Source: Somniosus microcephalus | Lineage: Eukaryota | Assembly: GCA_052327205.1 (NCBI GenBank) | Contig: CM126220.1 | Location: 28,210,001 to 28,274,000 of the forward strand | DNA length: 64,000 nucleotides | Direction of reading: 5' to 3' | Part shown: in pieces, positions 1 through 13,645 of the stretch | Layout of the letters: every line of letters starts with the position of its first letter | Position numbering within the stretch: position 1 is the first letter of the stretch | Position numbers and translations under genes: made by a program | The notes under the pieces: model-generated | The model's database searches: none | Told to the model about the DNA's origin: nothing | Seen by the model: the letters and a program-made list of their open reading frames with translations, nothing else

Positions 1-845
1 TCTCCTCCTTGAATGCCTCCCACTGCTCTGACACTGATTTACCTTCAGGTAGCTGTTTCCAGTCCACTATGGCTAAATCCCCTCTGAGCTTAGCAAAATT
101 TGCTTTTCCCCAATTTAGAATTTTTATTCCTGGTCTATCCTTGTCCTTTTCCATAACTACCATAAATCTAACAGAATTATGGTCACCAGCACCAAAATGC
201 TCCCCCACTGATGCGCCTTCTACCTGCCCAGCTTCATTCCCTAAAACTAAGTCCAGAACTGCCCCCTCCCTTGTTGGGCTTGCTACATACTGGCTAAAAA
301 AGTTCTCCTGGATGCATTTTAGGAATTCCGCACCCTCTATACCCTTCACGCTAATTTTATCCCAGTTAATATTAAGGTAGTTGAAATCCCCTACTATTAC
401 TGCCCTATAGTTTTTGCACTTCTCAGAAATTTGTCTACTTATTTGTTCTTCTATCTCCCTCTCACTGTTTGGGGGTCTGTAGTATACTCCCAGCAGTGTG
501 ATCGTCCCTTTTTTTGTTTTTCAATTCGACCCGTATGGCCTTGTTTGATGATCCCTCCAACATATCATCCCTCCTCACAGCTGTAATAGTTTCTTTAATC
601 AATACTGCAACCCCCTCCCCCTCCCTTTTTACCTCCCTCTCTATCCCGTCTGAAAATCCTGTAACCAGGAATGTTGAGCTGCCATACCTGCCCCTCTTTC
701 AGCCACGTCTCTGTAATAGCTATAATATCATAGTCACAAGTGCCCTCAGCTCATCTGCCTTGTTCGCTATACTCCTTGCATTGAAGTATATACCATTTAG
801 TACAGGCAAACCTCCTTGTTGACTACTGTCTAGCCCTTGATTCCT
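1..845 (-). mobile_element. CR1-type LINE fragment (APE endonuclease region of ORF2), degraded
   Basis: Minus strand encodes GVYYRPPN, VVIVGDFNYLNINW and an SDH-like motif typical of CR1 endonucleases; frameshifted. Confidence 0.8.
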
Positions 846-919
846 CTGTCCTTCCAATTTACTTTCTGCCTTTTTGTTTTCCTATTCCAGTTTTTCTTCC
901 CTCCCTATTGACTCTATAC

Positions 920-1152
920 CATCTTCCTGCCTCTTAATTTTCTATACTCAAGGGAATACAAGCCTAGTCTATGCACCCTGTCCGCATAATTTAGCGCCGG
1001 TATCATTCTGATGAACCTGCGCTGTATCCTCTCCAAACCCAATATATCCTTCCTGAGGTGCGGGGCCCAGAACTGAATGCAGTACTTAAGATGGGGTCGA
1101 ACCAGAGCTTTGTACAGCTGTAACATAATTTCAACCCCTTTGTATTCCATTG
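920..1152 (-). mobile_element. CR1 LINE fragment (C-terminal ORF2)
   Basis: ORF 914-1195(-) contains LYKALVRPHLKYCIQFWAPHLRKDILGLERIQRRF, the CR1 ORF2 C-terminal signature also seen in the other copies here. Confidence 0.85.
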
Positions 1153-1447
1153 AAATCCTAATGCTCAGTGCCATGGAATAGGATGCTGCATGCACAATCC
1201 AGCATTCTGCTCAGATCTGCATCAGAATGAGAAGGTGCCCTGCCTGAGTGGTGTCTCCCACCTTTCGTGAACGTGCTAAAGGTGACTTTAACAGAGCGGG
1301 TAGTCTGCCTGCTCACAAGGGTGTAGAGCCTTGCTTACAGGCAAAATGAAAGAACTAGGGATAAATTGCATTAAAAAAATCAAATTAGTTCTTTATCTCC
1401 ATCCTGAGGAAGACCTGGACTAATCTCACCTTTTATATTCTATGCAG

Positions 1448-1584
1448 ATTATGCCCTAGGGAAAGACTGCATTATGCATGGTTATATGCTGAAACTAGGA
1501 AACCCTTTCCTGACCCAGTGGCAACGTCGTTATTTCTACCTCTTTCCAAATCGGCTGGAGTGGAGAGGAGAGGGCGAGTCACGG
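1448..1584 (+). CDS. GRK3: GRK3 (beta-adrenergic receptor kinase 2) coding exon, start of PH domain
   Basis: Flanked by tatgcag| and |gtaagc; 137 nt; translates (D)[45 protein letters not shown], recognisable as GRK2/3. YMLKLGNP and GESR are GRK3-type. Confidence 0.96.
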
Positions 1585-2333
1585 GTAAGCAGTGTTGGAC
1601 TGACTGAAGTGAGGAGACTTGTTCTGTGAGTAGGCTTGTCACTGTCAGAATAGCACCGGGATAGTGGAGGTTGTACCAAGGTTAATGTGTCTCACTCAGC
1701 ATCTTTGAGTGTCGAGTGTATAGGGCACTGAAGATAAAAAGCATTCTGGTCAGATTAATTGGGGTGAGTTTCTGCTTATCCAGCCCATGAATTTTTATTA
1801 AAAATGATGTGCCAGGAGCACCAAAATGAGAAATCGCCTCTTATATTCCATAAATTGACTCATTGATAATGCGAGTAACAAAGCCCCAAGTGAATTATAG
1901 TCAATGCCATGCACGGGGTATCAATTGCATTCTGCGGCTCCTCATCATTCTGTCATACGATGTTATTAAGGAATTTAATTTAAAATGCTGAAAGCTTGCT
2001 ATAAACCTAAACTTTAAATGGGAGTGAAAGGGGAGATTTTCCGCTTAAGCACTGCCTGTACATGCAGAGAGCACATAAAGAGAAATTTTCGAACCACAGC
2101 CCATGGTCTTCATCCATTAATGTTAATGTGCAGAAAATCAGAAACTGGGGATGCGCAGTTTCCTGAAAGTGTGTGCCAGGAACGCCAAAACAGAAAGTCT
2201 CTGCTTAAATCGCTACAAGGATTGCGCTAGTGGTTCCAGTAACTTCACCGTGAAACATTTTTGCTGACAGTGTGGTCTGTTCTGGATTGTGACATCTCTG
2301 CATAAATGATGAAAACTAATTCAAGGTGGTGAC

Positions 2334-2498
2334 CAATGTTCCCTGTAATTTTTTTTGGGGTGTGCAGCCCCTTTAAGGGGCTGTGCGGCCCATTCAAAAT
2401 ACCGCGCATGTGTGGTTTTTACCTATTTAAAAGCCGGTGAGCCAGCTGCACGGGAGCTGCAGAGTGATGCACCGCCACGCAGCTTAAGGGGAATGTTG
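2334..2498. mobile_element. hAT-type MITE (~165 bp), older copy
   Basis: Ends CAATGTTCCC ... GGGAATGTTG (imperfect TIR); degraded 8-bp TSD gtggtgac/gaggtggc; same family as 43396-43570. Confidence 0.7.
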
Positions 2499-3339
2499 GA
2501 GGTGGCATAATCACATGTCGTACAATAACAAAAGTTACTACTTTGTTCACATGTCTGCTTTTGAGTTTTTTGCCTATTACCCAACTTTTCAAATTGGTTC
2601 AGGTATTGGCTTAAAGAGATCCTAATTTAAAAACCAAGTTAACATTGGGTGAAATTGGCTTGGATCCCCAAAGAATGCCCTAAATTCTCTTTTTAAAAAA
2701 AAAACAACAAAATCAAGATCAGCCCCTTTACATATGGGACGATGGAAGACAGCATGAGATCTTGGAGAGGGGGCGGGTGGGGAGGGGAACTTCGGTAACC
2801 CTCATCTCCATCCCGAAAGACGGCTCCCCTTGGTCTTTTAAAGATTGTAGTACACTGTCAGTCACTCTGAAGCCTCCTGAGGCAGTATTTAATCACCGAA
2901 ATCAGTCAGTGTGTTGCATTCTTAGAACTTTGTACTTCACAAGATTACAAGATAATTGTGGTTGAGGAATGCCACTCGACCCATCTTGTTCATTCAATGA
3001 CACTAAAGTTCCCCCATTTCAGCATCTCGTTGATTCCTAAACGATTGAAAGGTTTTTGTTCTACTATTCTATTCAGTAGTCCATTCCTTGTATTGATCAC
3101 TCTTTTGTGAAAAAAAAACCCTAATAACAGTACTAAATTTGCCTTTTACTAGATTGAACCTCTAGTTCTTTGTCCCACTCCTGCAATTTAGTTTAACCTT
3201 GTGGCTCTTTGCACTATCTCCCTGTGTCTCAGTGATCAGAACTGGGCACAGTACTCAAGGTGTGTGTGATCTGATCTGGGCACTGTACATTCTGATCATG
3301 ACTTTGTCGCTTATATTCCACTGATTTGGCTATATAAAG

Positions 3340-3770
3340 GAAGAAATAACTTGCATTTATATAGCACCTTTCACATCCTGAAGATGTCTCAAAACCCTTA
3401 ACAGCCAATGAATTTATTTTAAAGTGTAGTCACTGTTATTGAGGCAAATATGGCGGCCAATTTGCACACAGCAAGGTCCCACAAACAGCAGTTAATATGA
3501 TTTAGTAACAGTTGAGGGATAAATATTGGCCAGGACACCAAGAGAACTCCCTTGCTCTTCAAATAGTGCTGTGGTATCTTTTATGTTCACTTGAACTTGC
3601 TGATGGTTTAACATCTCACCCGAAAGACTCCAGCGCCAACAATGAAACACTCCGTCAGTACTTCACTTAAACGGCAGCCTAGGTTACGTACTCAAATCCA
3701 TAACTTGAATGGGACTTTAGCCCACAACCTTCTGACTCAGAGGCAAGTGTTACCACTGAGCTAAGCTGAC
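3340..3770 (-). mobile_element. tRNA-derived Deu-domain SINE (SacSINE1/AmnSINE-like)
   Basis: Minus strand: tRNA-like head (agcttagctcagtggtaacact...gagtcagaaggttgtggg), Deu core (gtctttcgggtgagatgttaaacc), tail gtgaaaggtgctatataaatgcaagt; homologous copies at 30655 and 31650. Confidence 0.8.
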
Positions 3771-6700
3771 GATATAGTTCAGCATTCTATTGGCTTTGTT
3801 GATTATTGCTCTGCATTGGTTGGACATGTTGGATATCAAGTCTACTAAGTCTCCTAGGTCTTTTTCAACTTCATCCTAGCCATTTCAACACCATTCATGC
3901 AGTACATGTTATGTCCATTTTTCCTTCCTACGTGCATTGGCTGTATTAAATTGGTAGAGCTTGCCACAGGCCACCTGGGATGTCACTTACTCAAAGAGGT
4001 GAAGGAGGTTGGTCAGGCAGGAATCCATCTGAATCCATGTTAACTGCTGTTGATTGTTATTTTTTGTACAGATAATCTTCAAGTTTACCCTGGTAATAGA
4101 TACTGTTATTTTACACAGGATTCAAGTAAGATTATGGGTCTGTAGTTGCCTGTGTCTGATATGATGCCTTTTTTGAATATATGCATCATCACACTGCCCT
4201 GCTTACAATATACTGGTACAGTACCTTCTCATTGCCCAGTGACACTCTCATTGCTTGTTAAGAGAGCCCACAAGGACAACTGGGTGGTAATGGAAATGCC
4301 ATACTGCTGCAGTAAGGGCGCTCTTCTGACATTGGGGCAGTAGGAAAGGAATTTGCTCTGCTTCTAGCTAGCCCTGTACCTGACCTGAGATTGCTCAATC
4401 AGACTGTGTAGAGGGAGCTTTAAGTCTGCAGCTAACCCATTCTATGCCTGACTTGAGGCTTGCCTAATAGGGGAGTGTAGAAGGATCTTCATTCTGCATC
4501 TAATCTGTGACGTACCTGACCTGTAGTGCTGAGCAACGCCACAAAGGTTAAAAAAAAAATCTGGCTCACACTTACAACATCCCTCACCAGGATGAACACA
4601 AATCATTCCCTGGAAAAATACAAAGAAAAGAGAAATCGAAAATAAATGATTAACTGCTGTGGGCAAACAGCACCGTGTTTGTGCAACACGACCTTTAACC
4701 CAGTCACGGCAGACACAGTACCTCAAATCAATAACAGATGTCCAGCATGCAGGTGGAATAAATGCCGCTATTGCAAGATTGTTGTACTCTGCCTCAAATC
4801 CAAGGATTCCGTGTGTAAAATAAAAGGCCGATGCGGGACATCATGGAAAATAAGCCATTGATTTGAGGTACACTGCAAACATGCATCTGTCTTGCCTGAG
4901 CTAAAAGGTCACGCCGCACAAACACACCGTTGTTTGTCCACAACAGTTAATCATTTATTTTGGGTTTCTCTTTTTGCATTTTTCCAGGAAATGTTTTGTG
5001 TTCATAGTGATGAGGGATGTTATTTCCAGTAAACAGACCTTTTACTTTTGCTGTGTTGTTAAGCATACATTCAGGTAAAGCACAGGTTAGATGCAGAGTG
5101 ACGATCCCTGCACACAGTCTGATCGAGCACAATCCCAGGCGAGATACAGATTGTAGCCTGCTTCATTTCAATGTGCCAATCTATACATACATATATATAT
5201 TTATGTGTGTTTTTGTTATTTTACATCTTTTTGTTTAAATAAAAGTTTAAATAATGCTTTCTTTTTCATGTCAGAAAACATAATATCTTCCCTATGGTAG
5301 CATTTCTTAGCTAATCTTTTTGATACTGCAAATGTCAATACCAGATCGCACATGTTTGATCACGCACATATACACAGTGGTATTTCATTGCCATGACGAT
5401 AAGCCACTATTGGAAGTTTCACTCTATGGGGAGCACTCTCAGGCTCATGTGACTGCATTTGAAAGTTTAAACATTTTAATTTTAACAGGGCTTCATTGCA
5501 GTGAGTAGATCAGTGCATCAATGCTCTATAAAGTGAGATCTAATCAAACAAAGGATTTGTCATGTTATTTTCCATCTAGGATGCCTGGATTATTTATAAA
5601 AGACGTAGGCTGGTAAGAACAATGCTATCAAACTATAGCATCTACCCTGCTCTCCCATGCTATAGTTGAAGTTTTATGAGTGTATTGTGGGGATGTCACG
5701 ATGAGCTTTATTAACATGTAGCTAGTCTTTTTCATCCCACATTGTCTCTCTGTCTCTCATTCTTCCCCTCTCCTTCAGCCAGCAGCTTAGCTATTGCAAA
5801 CTTGATTATTCAACTTGAGGTATGCTTTTAAATGTTATATTTTGTTTTTAGTATCTTCAACATCACCTCAGCCCTCCTTCACAGGGGCAGGGAGAGCAAC
5901 TTGGGCTGTGACTTCCTTTTTTCCTGCGGCAGGAACCCCTGTTTACCACATGACCGTCTTTCTGGAAGTTTAGCTGAAAACTGACGAAACTCAATCAACT
6001 TGAGGCAATTAAATGGCTTAGTGTCAAGCCGCAGGAAGTAGGGTTACACTGGGCACAGAATCCGTGTTCATTACCACCCTCCGTGTGAACCTCCCCTGGT
6101 GGCCCACCCTCTTTGTGTAAGGACTCTCCCTTGTGATCCAGTGTCCCTGTTCCCGATACATTTGATCGTGACATCCCTGCTGTAGTGGTTGTTTTTGTGA
6201 AGTGTTGTTTTTTTATTCTGTTTGGAAAATTACCCATACCTCTATAAACCACTGTTGCATAAGAATGCAAGTTTGAAATATCTGCAATTAGTAATGCACA
6301 GTGGGTACCAACATGACACCATATTTACACGATGAGTGGGTCCAACCAAATAGTGCATGAGCAATAATCGGGAATGTGACATGACAGCTAGGCCCTTGGG
6401 AGTAATAATATATTACACTATCCATAGGTTATGGGTTTTTTAAAAAGTTTTTTTCAACCATCCTTCTATGCCAATTTTCTCCTGCCCTTTCCTGTCCTGA
6501 TGGTCTTGACTGCTTGTTGGGGTAGTCATGATTATGTACATTCAATTGGCATTTAAAGCATCTTTTAACTTGACTAATTTCCAGATCAATCAACCTTATC
6601 TGGTTCCTGCAGATAGCCTGTCTCCTGTCTTTCATTTTGAAACATCGCAAAGAAGCATCCACTTCCATTTTGACCGTAACTATTTAAAAACAAACATAAA

Positions 6701-9700
6701 ATACAGAAATCCTCGTGTCCATCAGTGTACTTCTAGCAGAGGTCAGTCAACAGCAATCAGGAGCAGAAAGTTTGATTCATTATTCCCTTCCTAACCCAGG
6801 CATGCTGAACACTGAAGCCAATTGTAGTACAGGTACACTTACTGAACCCAGGCAGGGATCAGTGGCCTCAGAGCAGACCAGGGTAGCTGCCTCTTTTAAA
6901 GCCAGCTCACCTGTATCCACCAGTCTGTTGTATTGCACTCCGAATCTTACACTACCAAAAAAAAGCAGGGATTGTAAAGCAGTGGCATGGTAGATTGTGG
7001 GATTGTGTCCCCCCAAATAGTGCGTTCTTTGGGGATTGAGAAGTTTTCTGAAGACATTTCCCTCGAGATTAAATTGGTGGGCTAGAGTCCATGATAGGGT
7101 ATATTGTACATGGCCTGTGGAAAAAGCTGACTTGATGGGCCGAGCAGACTTTTCTTATTATGTGCTTTCTTAGGTTCTTCTATTTCCAAATTAATTATCA
7201 CTGCTGAATTGCTACCTGGGGTCACTATATAGGGGAGCCTTTGATAAATAAGCATTGACAAAGGACCGGGAACAGATCCTCAGTCCAGGTACATGATCAG
7301 GGAAGGTCCATGACACGGGGAGACTGCAGGACAGGAGGAAACTGATAAGATACACCTCTCCACCCCCCCCCCCCCCCCACCTTCCCCAAGTACACCACAT
7401 TGTTTCCACACTACTTAGCAGAACCATACTTTTTGGCGATAATACCACTCGGTGATAGTCAAAACATGAGTAGAATCATGTCTGCAGGCTTGTCTATCGC
7501 CATTCTTACAGAGACTTACCTGGTTGGGATTCTGCAAAGTGAATCACTCTGGTAGAAGCACTCCTTAACACTGTGCTGCTATACAGCTGGACATTTCCTA
7601 CTTTGAAAGTTTGATAATTGGTGCCGTGTGGTAATACTTCACAAAATACAACACCCTGGGAGAGTGCTAGGTGAAAGTTTCAATTTGTCCAGTCAGATGA
7701 GCCAATTTCAGCAGCACTGCTGTCAGAGGCATTGAGTATAGACCACAGAAGAGGACAAATTCAGATGGAGGTTTGTCCCCCAGACTGCGCTGTCTCACGC
7801 CTCCTAGTAGTCAGCACAGAGCACCATTGATGGAAGTATAGCAATGGGTCTCCTCTCACCTGCCCATCCTCTCAGACCAGTGTCAAGAAGATCAAAGAGG
7901 ATTGGGTATAGAAAAGAGAGATTAATACTGTAAAAATAAAAATAATCAGCACCACCGTGGCATCATGATTAGTACACTGGTTAATGCTCGTAATTCACAA
8001 ACATGATCAGTTCCCAATTTTGCTCATATTATTAGGTAGTAAGTGAAGCCACATTCCCAACAGAGGAGGGAGAATTCCCCTGGCCACTATTGTGTGTCTC
8101 CAAGCAGCCAGTTACAGAGCAGTTTCAGTGGAGGCCTGCTAACAGGTCATTGCCACCCACTCATTCAGGCAAAGGTACTGTACCTGGAATGGGACACCTG
8201 AAAAAGGGGAGGGGGTGAGAAACATAAAATGTGTTGCCTGTCCAACAAAAAATAATCTTAAAATTAAAGCCTGCCTGCCCTTTATTGGCAATGTGTAGTC
8301 GCTGAGGTGAGGATAGGCAATGAATCTGGCACAGAAGATTTTAATTTTCACCTAATTTGGATTCATATGCATCTATTGCTGCTTTTCTTTTTATAAATGG
8401 TGGTGTGCGTATGCCTCCATTAAAAGTTTTCCTCTGTGTGCTAGCATACCAGTAGCTGGGGGTAACTGTAGTGGAGGAACGTAGTTTGACTTGTGCTTGG
8501 TGTTTGTGGTTTAGTGGTGCCCATCCAACTTGCATTAATTCTCATCTGATGACGTAGCAGAGTATGCAACATATACTTGTCACTCTAGTGATATGACGGG
8601 GGCAGTTTATATCCATTCTGCCCAATGGAGACAGTATGTATCTGTCCTGGCAATCTGAAGGAGAGGGTTATATGTACTATCCCTGGTAGACTAGAAGGGA
8701 AGGCGTGTGTAATGCAGCATAGAGTTTCATTTCTTAGTATTTAGGCAATGGCATTGGAGCAGCACTGAGTGCTGGAGCTGGAACATACATCACCAAGGTT
8801 CAAATGTCCTCATTTCCATCCACCAGCACCCCCCCACCGCCCCCACCCCCCCCCCCCCCCGCCATATTGAAGATCTCAGGAAAGGTTGAAGTGAGGATCT
8901 TCACCTGCTGTTCTTGTGCACCTCTTGTCTGGTGGCCTGGACAGCCATGTGTGTCGATGCCTGCCTTCAAAAGCAAGATATTTCTATATAACAAGTGTCT
9001 TTGTGCTATAGGATAGTGTGCCACCAATTTGTTTAAGTTTGATCTTAATTGTGGCATCAGGGGAGTGTATCCAGCCTGGTGTTTCTCCACACACAAATAA
9101 ATCTGAGTTATAAAGCCTGGGACTACTCTCACCCACCCTCCAGAAGCCAGTTAGAGATCCTCTCCATGACCTGTCCCCATTCTCCACCCCTACTTCACAC
9201 CCGTCAGCCTCTCAGACTTGGAATGATTCAATGCCTTAAAGAAGGATGATATTTTTTCTTTTTTGTCAAATATATTTATACAGGATATGCCTTTATTAAT
9301 ATTTTTATTATTATGAAATGTATTTGTCCAAATTGTCTTAAGTTTTCCAAGGTGGGACCCTACCCAAGGCTCAGGAACTGCGCAGCAGCACAGACAGAGT
9401 TGATGCAACACAGCAAAGACTGATCTGAGACAGTCAATAACATTCTGAATCCTGTAGAATTTTTAAGACAGTGAGGAATATTAACAACCTCATCAACGTA
9501 CTTTCTTACCATATCGGAGGACAAATAGGAAGATCCCCAGTTTCAGAAGGAAGAGCTATGAGCAATGACTTGATACGCTAGTGGCCCTGAGTCTTCAAAA
9601 AACATCTCTCGGAGCTACGAAAGATATTTTAAAAGTTACAGAAAGTAAACCCAAAGAATTGGGTGGAGCTTTCAACTTCAGCAGTGGCGGGTGGAGTGGT

Positions 9701-10259
9701 AAAACAGGCAGTAGCGGAAGTCAGTGGAAAAGAAAATAGGGCAGAGGGGAAAACAGGTGGTCGATCGATTACTGCCTGTTTTACATCCCCCCCTGCCAAA
9801 TGCCGAAATTGACAGTTCCGCCTATTATTTTCAGATTGTGCCAGGCCAAGAGGGTGCAGGTTCAGGTTTGTGAAGTGGAAATTTAGGATAGACGTCAGTA
9901 AGTGTTTCTTTACGCAGAGGGTAATTAATAGCTGAAATGGGTTTTCAGAGACTGTGGCTGAGGCCAGGACACTGACATCGTTTAAGAGACAATTCGATAC
10001 TGCAATAGAAAGATGATCGGTTTTGATTAGTATTCTGAAAGGATAAGATCGAATGAACTGAAAGGCCTTTTACCTCCAAACCAATCCCTTTTTCTGGAAA
10101 TGCATCTCATTGTTTTTTGAACTCATTATACCGTCTTTTTTAATGGCCTTTCCTGGTAACTAATGCCACAACTCTATTAATCTTAAATTAAAAAGTTCCC
10201 TCTGATTTCCTAATTATTAACCTGAGTAAACCTGCTATTTTTTAATTTTATTAACTTTT

Positions 10260-10893
10260 AGTGGCAGGACAAGTTGATAAAGCTGTTAAAAAAAGTATAT
10301 GGGATGCTTGGCTTTATAACTAGAGGCATAAGAGTACAAAAGCAAGGAAGTGGTGCGAAGCCTTTATAAATCACTGGTTAGGCCTCAGCTAGGGTATTGT
10401 GTCCAGATCTGGGCACCACATTTTAAAAAGGATGTCAAGGCCTTGGAAAGGGTGCGGAGGAGATTTACCAGAATAATACTAGGGATGAGGGACTTCAGTT
10501 ATGTAGAGACTAGGATTGTTCTACTTTGAGCAGAAAAGGTTATGGGGAGATTTAATAGAGGTGCTCAAAATTATGAGGGAGACTATTTCCACTGGCGGGT
10601 GGGCCGGTAACCAGAGGACACAGATTTAAGATAATTGGCAAAAAAAAAACAGGGGGGCAATGAGGAGAATTTTTTTTACGTAGTGAGTTGTTATGATCTA
10701 GAAAGCACTGCCTGAAAAGGTGGTGGAAGCAGATTCAATAGTAACTTTCAATGGGGAATTGGATATAGACTTAAAAAGGAAAAATTTGCATGGCTATGGG
10801 GAAAGAGCAGGGCTAATTGAATCGCGCTTTCTAAGAGCCGGCACAGGTACAATGGGCCAAATGGCCTCCTTCTGTGCTGTAAGATTCCATGAT
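10260..10893 (+). mobile_element. CR1 LINE 3' fragment
   Basis: Degraded LYKSLVRPQLGYCVQIWAPHF, ending in the 3' tail ggcacaggtacaatgggccaaatggcctccttctgtgctgtaagattccatgatt. Confidence 0.85.
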
Positions 10894-11049
10894 TTATGGG
10901 ATGTGGGCATCGCTGGCAAGGCCAGCATTTATTGCCCATCCCTAATTGCCCTTGAGAAGGTGGTGGTGAGCTGCCTTCTTGAACTGCTGCAGTCCGTGTG
11001 GTGAAGGTACCCCCACAGTGCTGTTAGGGAGTTCCAGGATTTTGAGGTA

Positions 11050-12210
11050 CATAGGAGTAGGAGCTTGACCCTGTTCCGCCATTCTGTTAGATCATGACAG
11101 ATCTGTAGCTCAACTCTCTGTATCCACCTGTGCTCCATACCCCTTGGATACCCTTACCTAACAAAAATCTATTGATCTTGGTCTTGAAAATTTCACTTGA
11201 CCCATATGTGGAGAAAGTTACATATTTCCACTACCCTTTGTGTGAAAAACTACTTCCTGATTTCACTCCTAAATGGCCTACCTCTCATTTCTCTCTACCC
11301 TATTGAATCCCTTTGATATTTTAAAGATCTCGATTAGATCATCCCTCAACCTTCTGAACTCACTGGAATACAAACAAAGTTTATACAACCTGTCCTCATA
11401 ATTTAACCCTTTAAGCCCCGGTATTATTTTGCTGAATCTTCGCTATACCCAAGGCCAATATATCGTTCTGAGATGACTGGTGCATCTGCAATTTCCTCAC
11501 ATGTTTCTTTCAATATCTTCGGGTAGAAACCATCAGGTCCTGGAGGTTTCTCTATTTTAAATCCCATTATTTTCTCTCATCATTTTTTTTTATTTACATT
11601 AAACTTAAATTCCTCCCCTTGACTTATTTTTAGGTTCTCTTATACTGCTGGTATTTTGTCCTCTTACTGCACTGTGAAAATGAATACAAAGTATTCATGT
11701 AACAAGTCTGGCATTTTGTTATTGTCCATTGTAGTCTCACCTGCATCTATCTTCAGTGGTCCCACATTCCCCTTTAGCACTCTTCCTCTTAATATATTTC
11801 TAGGAAAAACTTTTGCTGTTAGCTTTGATATCCTTGCAAGTATTTTCTCATATTCCATTTTTGCACCTGTATTATTTTTTTATTGCTCTCCCAGTCTGCT
11901 GGATTTCCACTTTGCCTTGCATTTGTGTAAGCCTTTTCTTTTAGCTTGAAACTGTCTCTCACCACATTTGTTGACCAAGATTGCTTAACTACATAAGTGG
12001 AGCCTTTGCCTTTTCGGCGTATGTACTGCTTTTGTATTGTACCACATACTTCCATTGCCTGTAGGTTTACCCATTAACAGTTCACTCACTTCACTCTGGT
12101 CAATGTATTTCTCATCCCTTCGAAATTTGCCTTGCGTAAATTTAAAACCTTGGTTTGTGACTCCCTTCTCCCTCTCAAACCTAATATCAAATTTAATCAT
12201 TTTATGGTCA
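11050..12210 (-). mobile_element. Degraded CR1 LINE fragments
   Basis: CR1 tail at 11050 (acataggagtaggagc...), followed by remnants such as NVGPLKIDAGE...LLHEYFVFIFTV and SDHKMIKF on the minus strand. Confidence 0.75.
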
Positions 12211-13106
12211 CTATTTGCATCATGCAAGTCGTGCCTAATCTTCTGTTTCAGATTTGTCAAATTAGCAATGAATGCGCAATGACAGAAAATAAATTGCTCG
12301 GCCGTGTACTCTGATTTAATCCTCCAGCAGAGCCTGGAGATGTGTGGGTAGATGTCGTTTGATCTTTTTAAGGGCTGCGCCATTTACTGTAACATACAAC
12401 AAGCTTTGCAATTCCTTTGGAGATTGGGGAGTAGTAAACTAATTTGAAATAACATATCTGATAAATATGCCGCGAATTAGAAAACCTTGGTGATATTTAT
12501 GGGTTTTTAGACTAATCAATTTTCTTCCCGTCTAATCCTCCCAGTCATGCGCTGTGGACACAGGCCCAGAGGAAGAGCAGGCGACCGTTGACATTCCTAC
12601 AGCCTGCATCCAATTTCACCAGATGAATTTTCTCCTCCACCCCCTTCCAGTTAGTCAGACTCTTAACCTGTGCTTGATATTGCACATGATGACCCAGCAT
12701 AAATCGATATCTTGGGAAGTGGGCGGGCAAGGCTGAGCACTATCAGCAACCAAGTCTCACAGTCTTTACCACTTGCAAAGCACCAACACCAGGCCAAACT
12801 TCAGCATAGTTATCACAAAAAAGCACTGAGCTTCGCCATAAAACTCAACTCAGATGTCAGCTCTTCATTCAAGATCCCTCTTACATTGTGCATTTGTTAA
12901 TGTGCAGCCAGAAGTGTCATTAGCTAGACACCTCTCTTTCTAAGGTGGTTTCTCCCATAGCCAGGATGCCTGTACCTTAGGTAGTAAGTAGTGATAAAGA
13001 TGCTAGCACAGAACCAGATGCAACTCACAGCAAAAATACATTAATAAAGCATTTGAGATTCATCTCTGAATGAATTTAATTCTTCTTTTCTGATTTATTC
13101 AACTAG

Positions 13107-13220
13107 CAAAGCCTGCTGACAATGGAGCAGATAGTGTCGGTGGAAGAGACTCAGATTAAGGATAAGAAATGTATCCTCCTGCGGATTAAGGGAGGAAAGC
13201 AATTTGTGCTGCAATGTGAG
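13107..13220 (+). CDS. GRK3: GRK3 penultimate coding exon (PH domain)
   Basis: aactag| ... |gtaagt; 114 nt, phase 0/0; [38 protein letters not shown], in frame with both neighbouring exons. Confidence 0.96.
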
Positions 13221-13645
13221 GTAAGTGATTCTTGCAAGATAGGGAGGTGTGGAGATGTGTGCTCTGTCTCATCAAACTGAAGGTAGGCTGGCATTGGTGC
13301 AAGGGAGGAGGAACAAGGCATTCATTCCCCTCCCACTACCTCCAATTTGTTTTTGTTTTACAAATCATTATTTTAAACCACTCTTGTTCAAGAAAAGAGC
13401 TGCATTGTGACTATCCCAATCATTAAGAAAGGTCTTTACAATTATTCTTTTTACTATTCAATATCACATCAATCAATTTTGTTAAAGCTCTATTCATAGA
13501 GCATACTTGGTTCCATAACTGATAAAGGTTTCCTCTTGAAATGAGTGAAATTTGATCACTGTCCTTTCACCATGAGAATTGGGGTTCCACTCCAGCCAAG
13601 ACAGTGGGTTTCCTCCCTGTGATGCTGCACACCTGGAAGCTCAGT

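Noticed and set aside
8820-8862. Poly-C/G runs (also ~7365, 26155, 29942, 63610) giving poly-Pro/Gly ORFs or G-quadruplexes
   Set aside because: Simple homopolymers, common in such genomes and prone to assembly length error.
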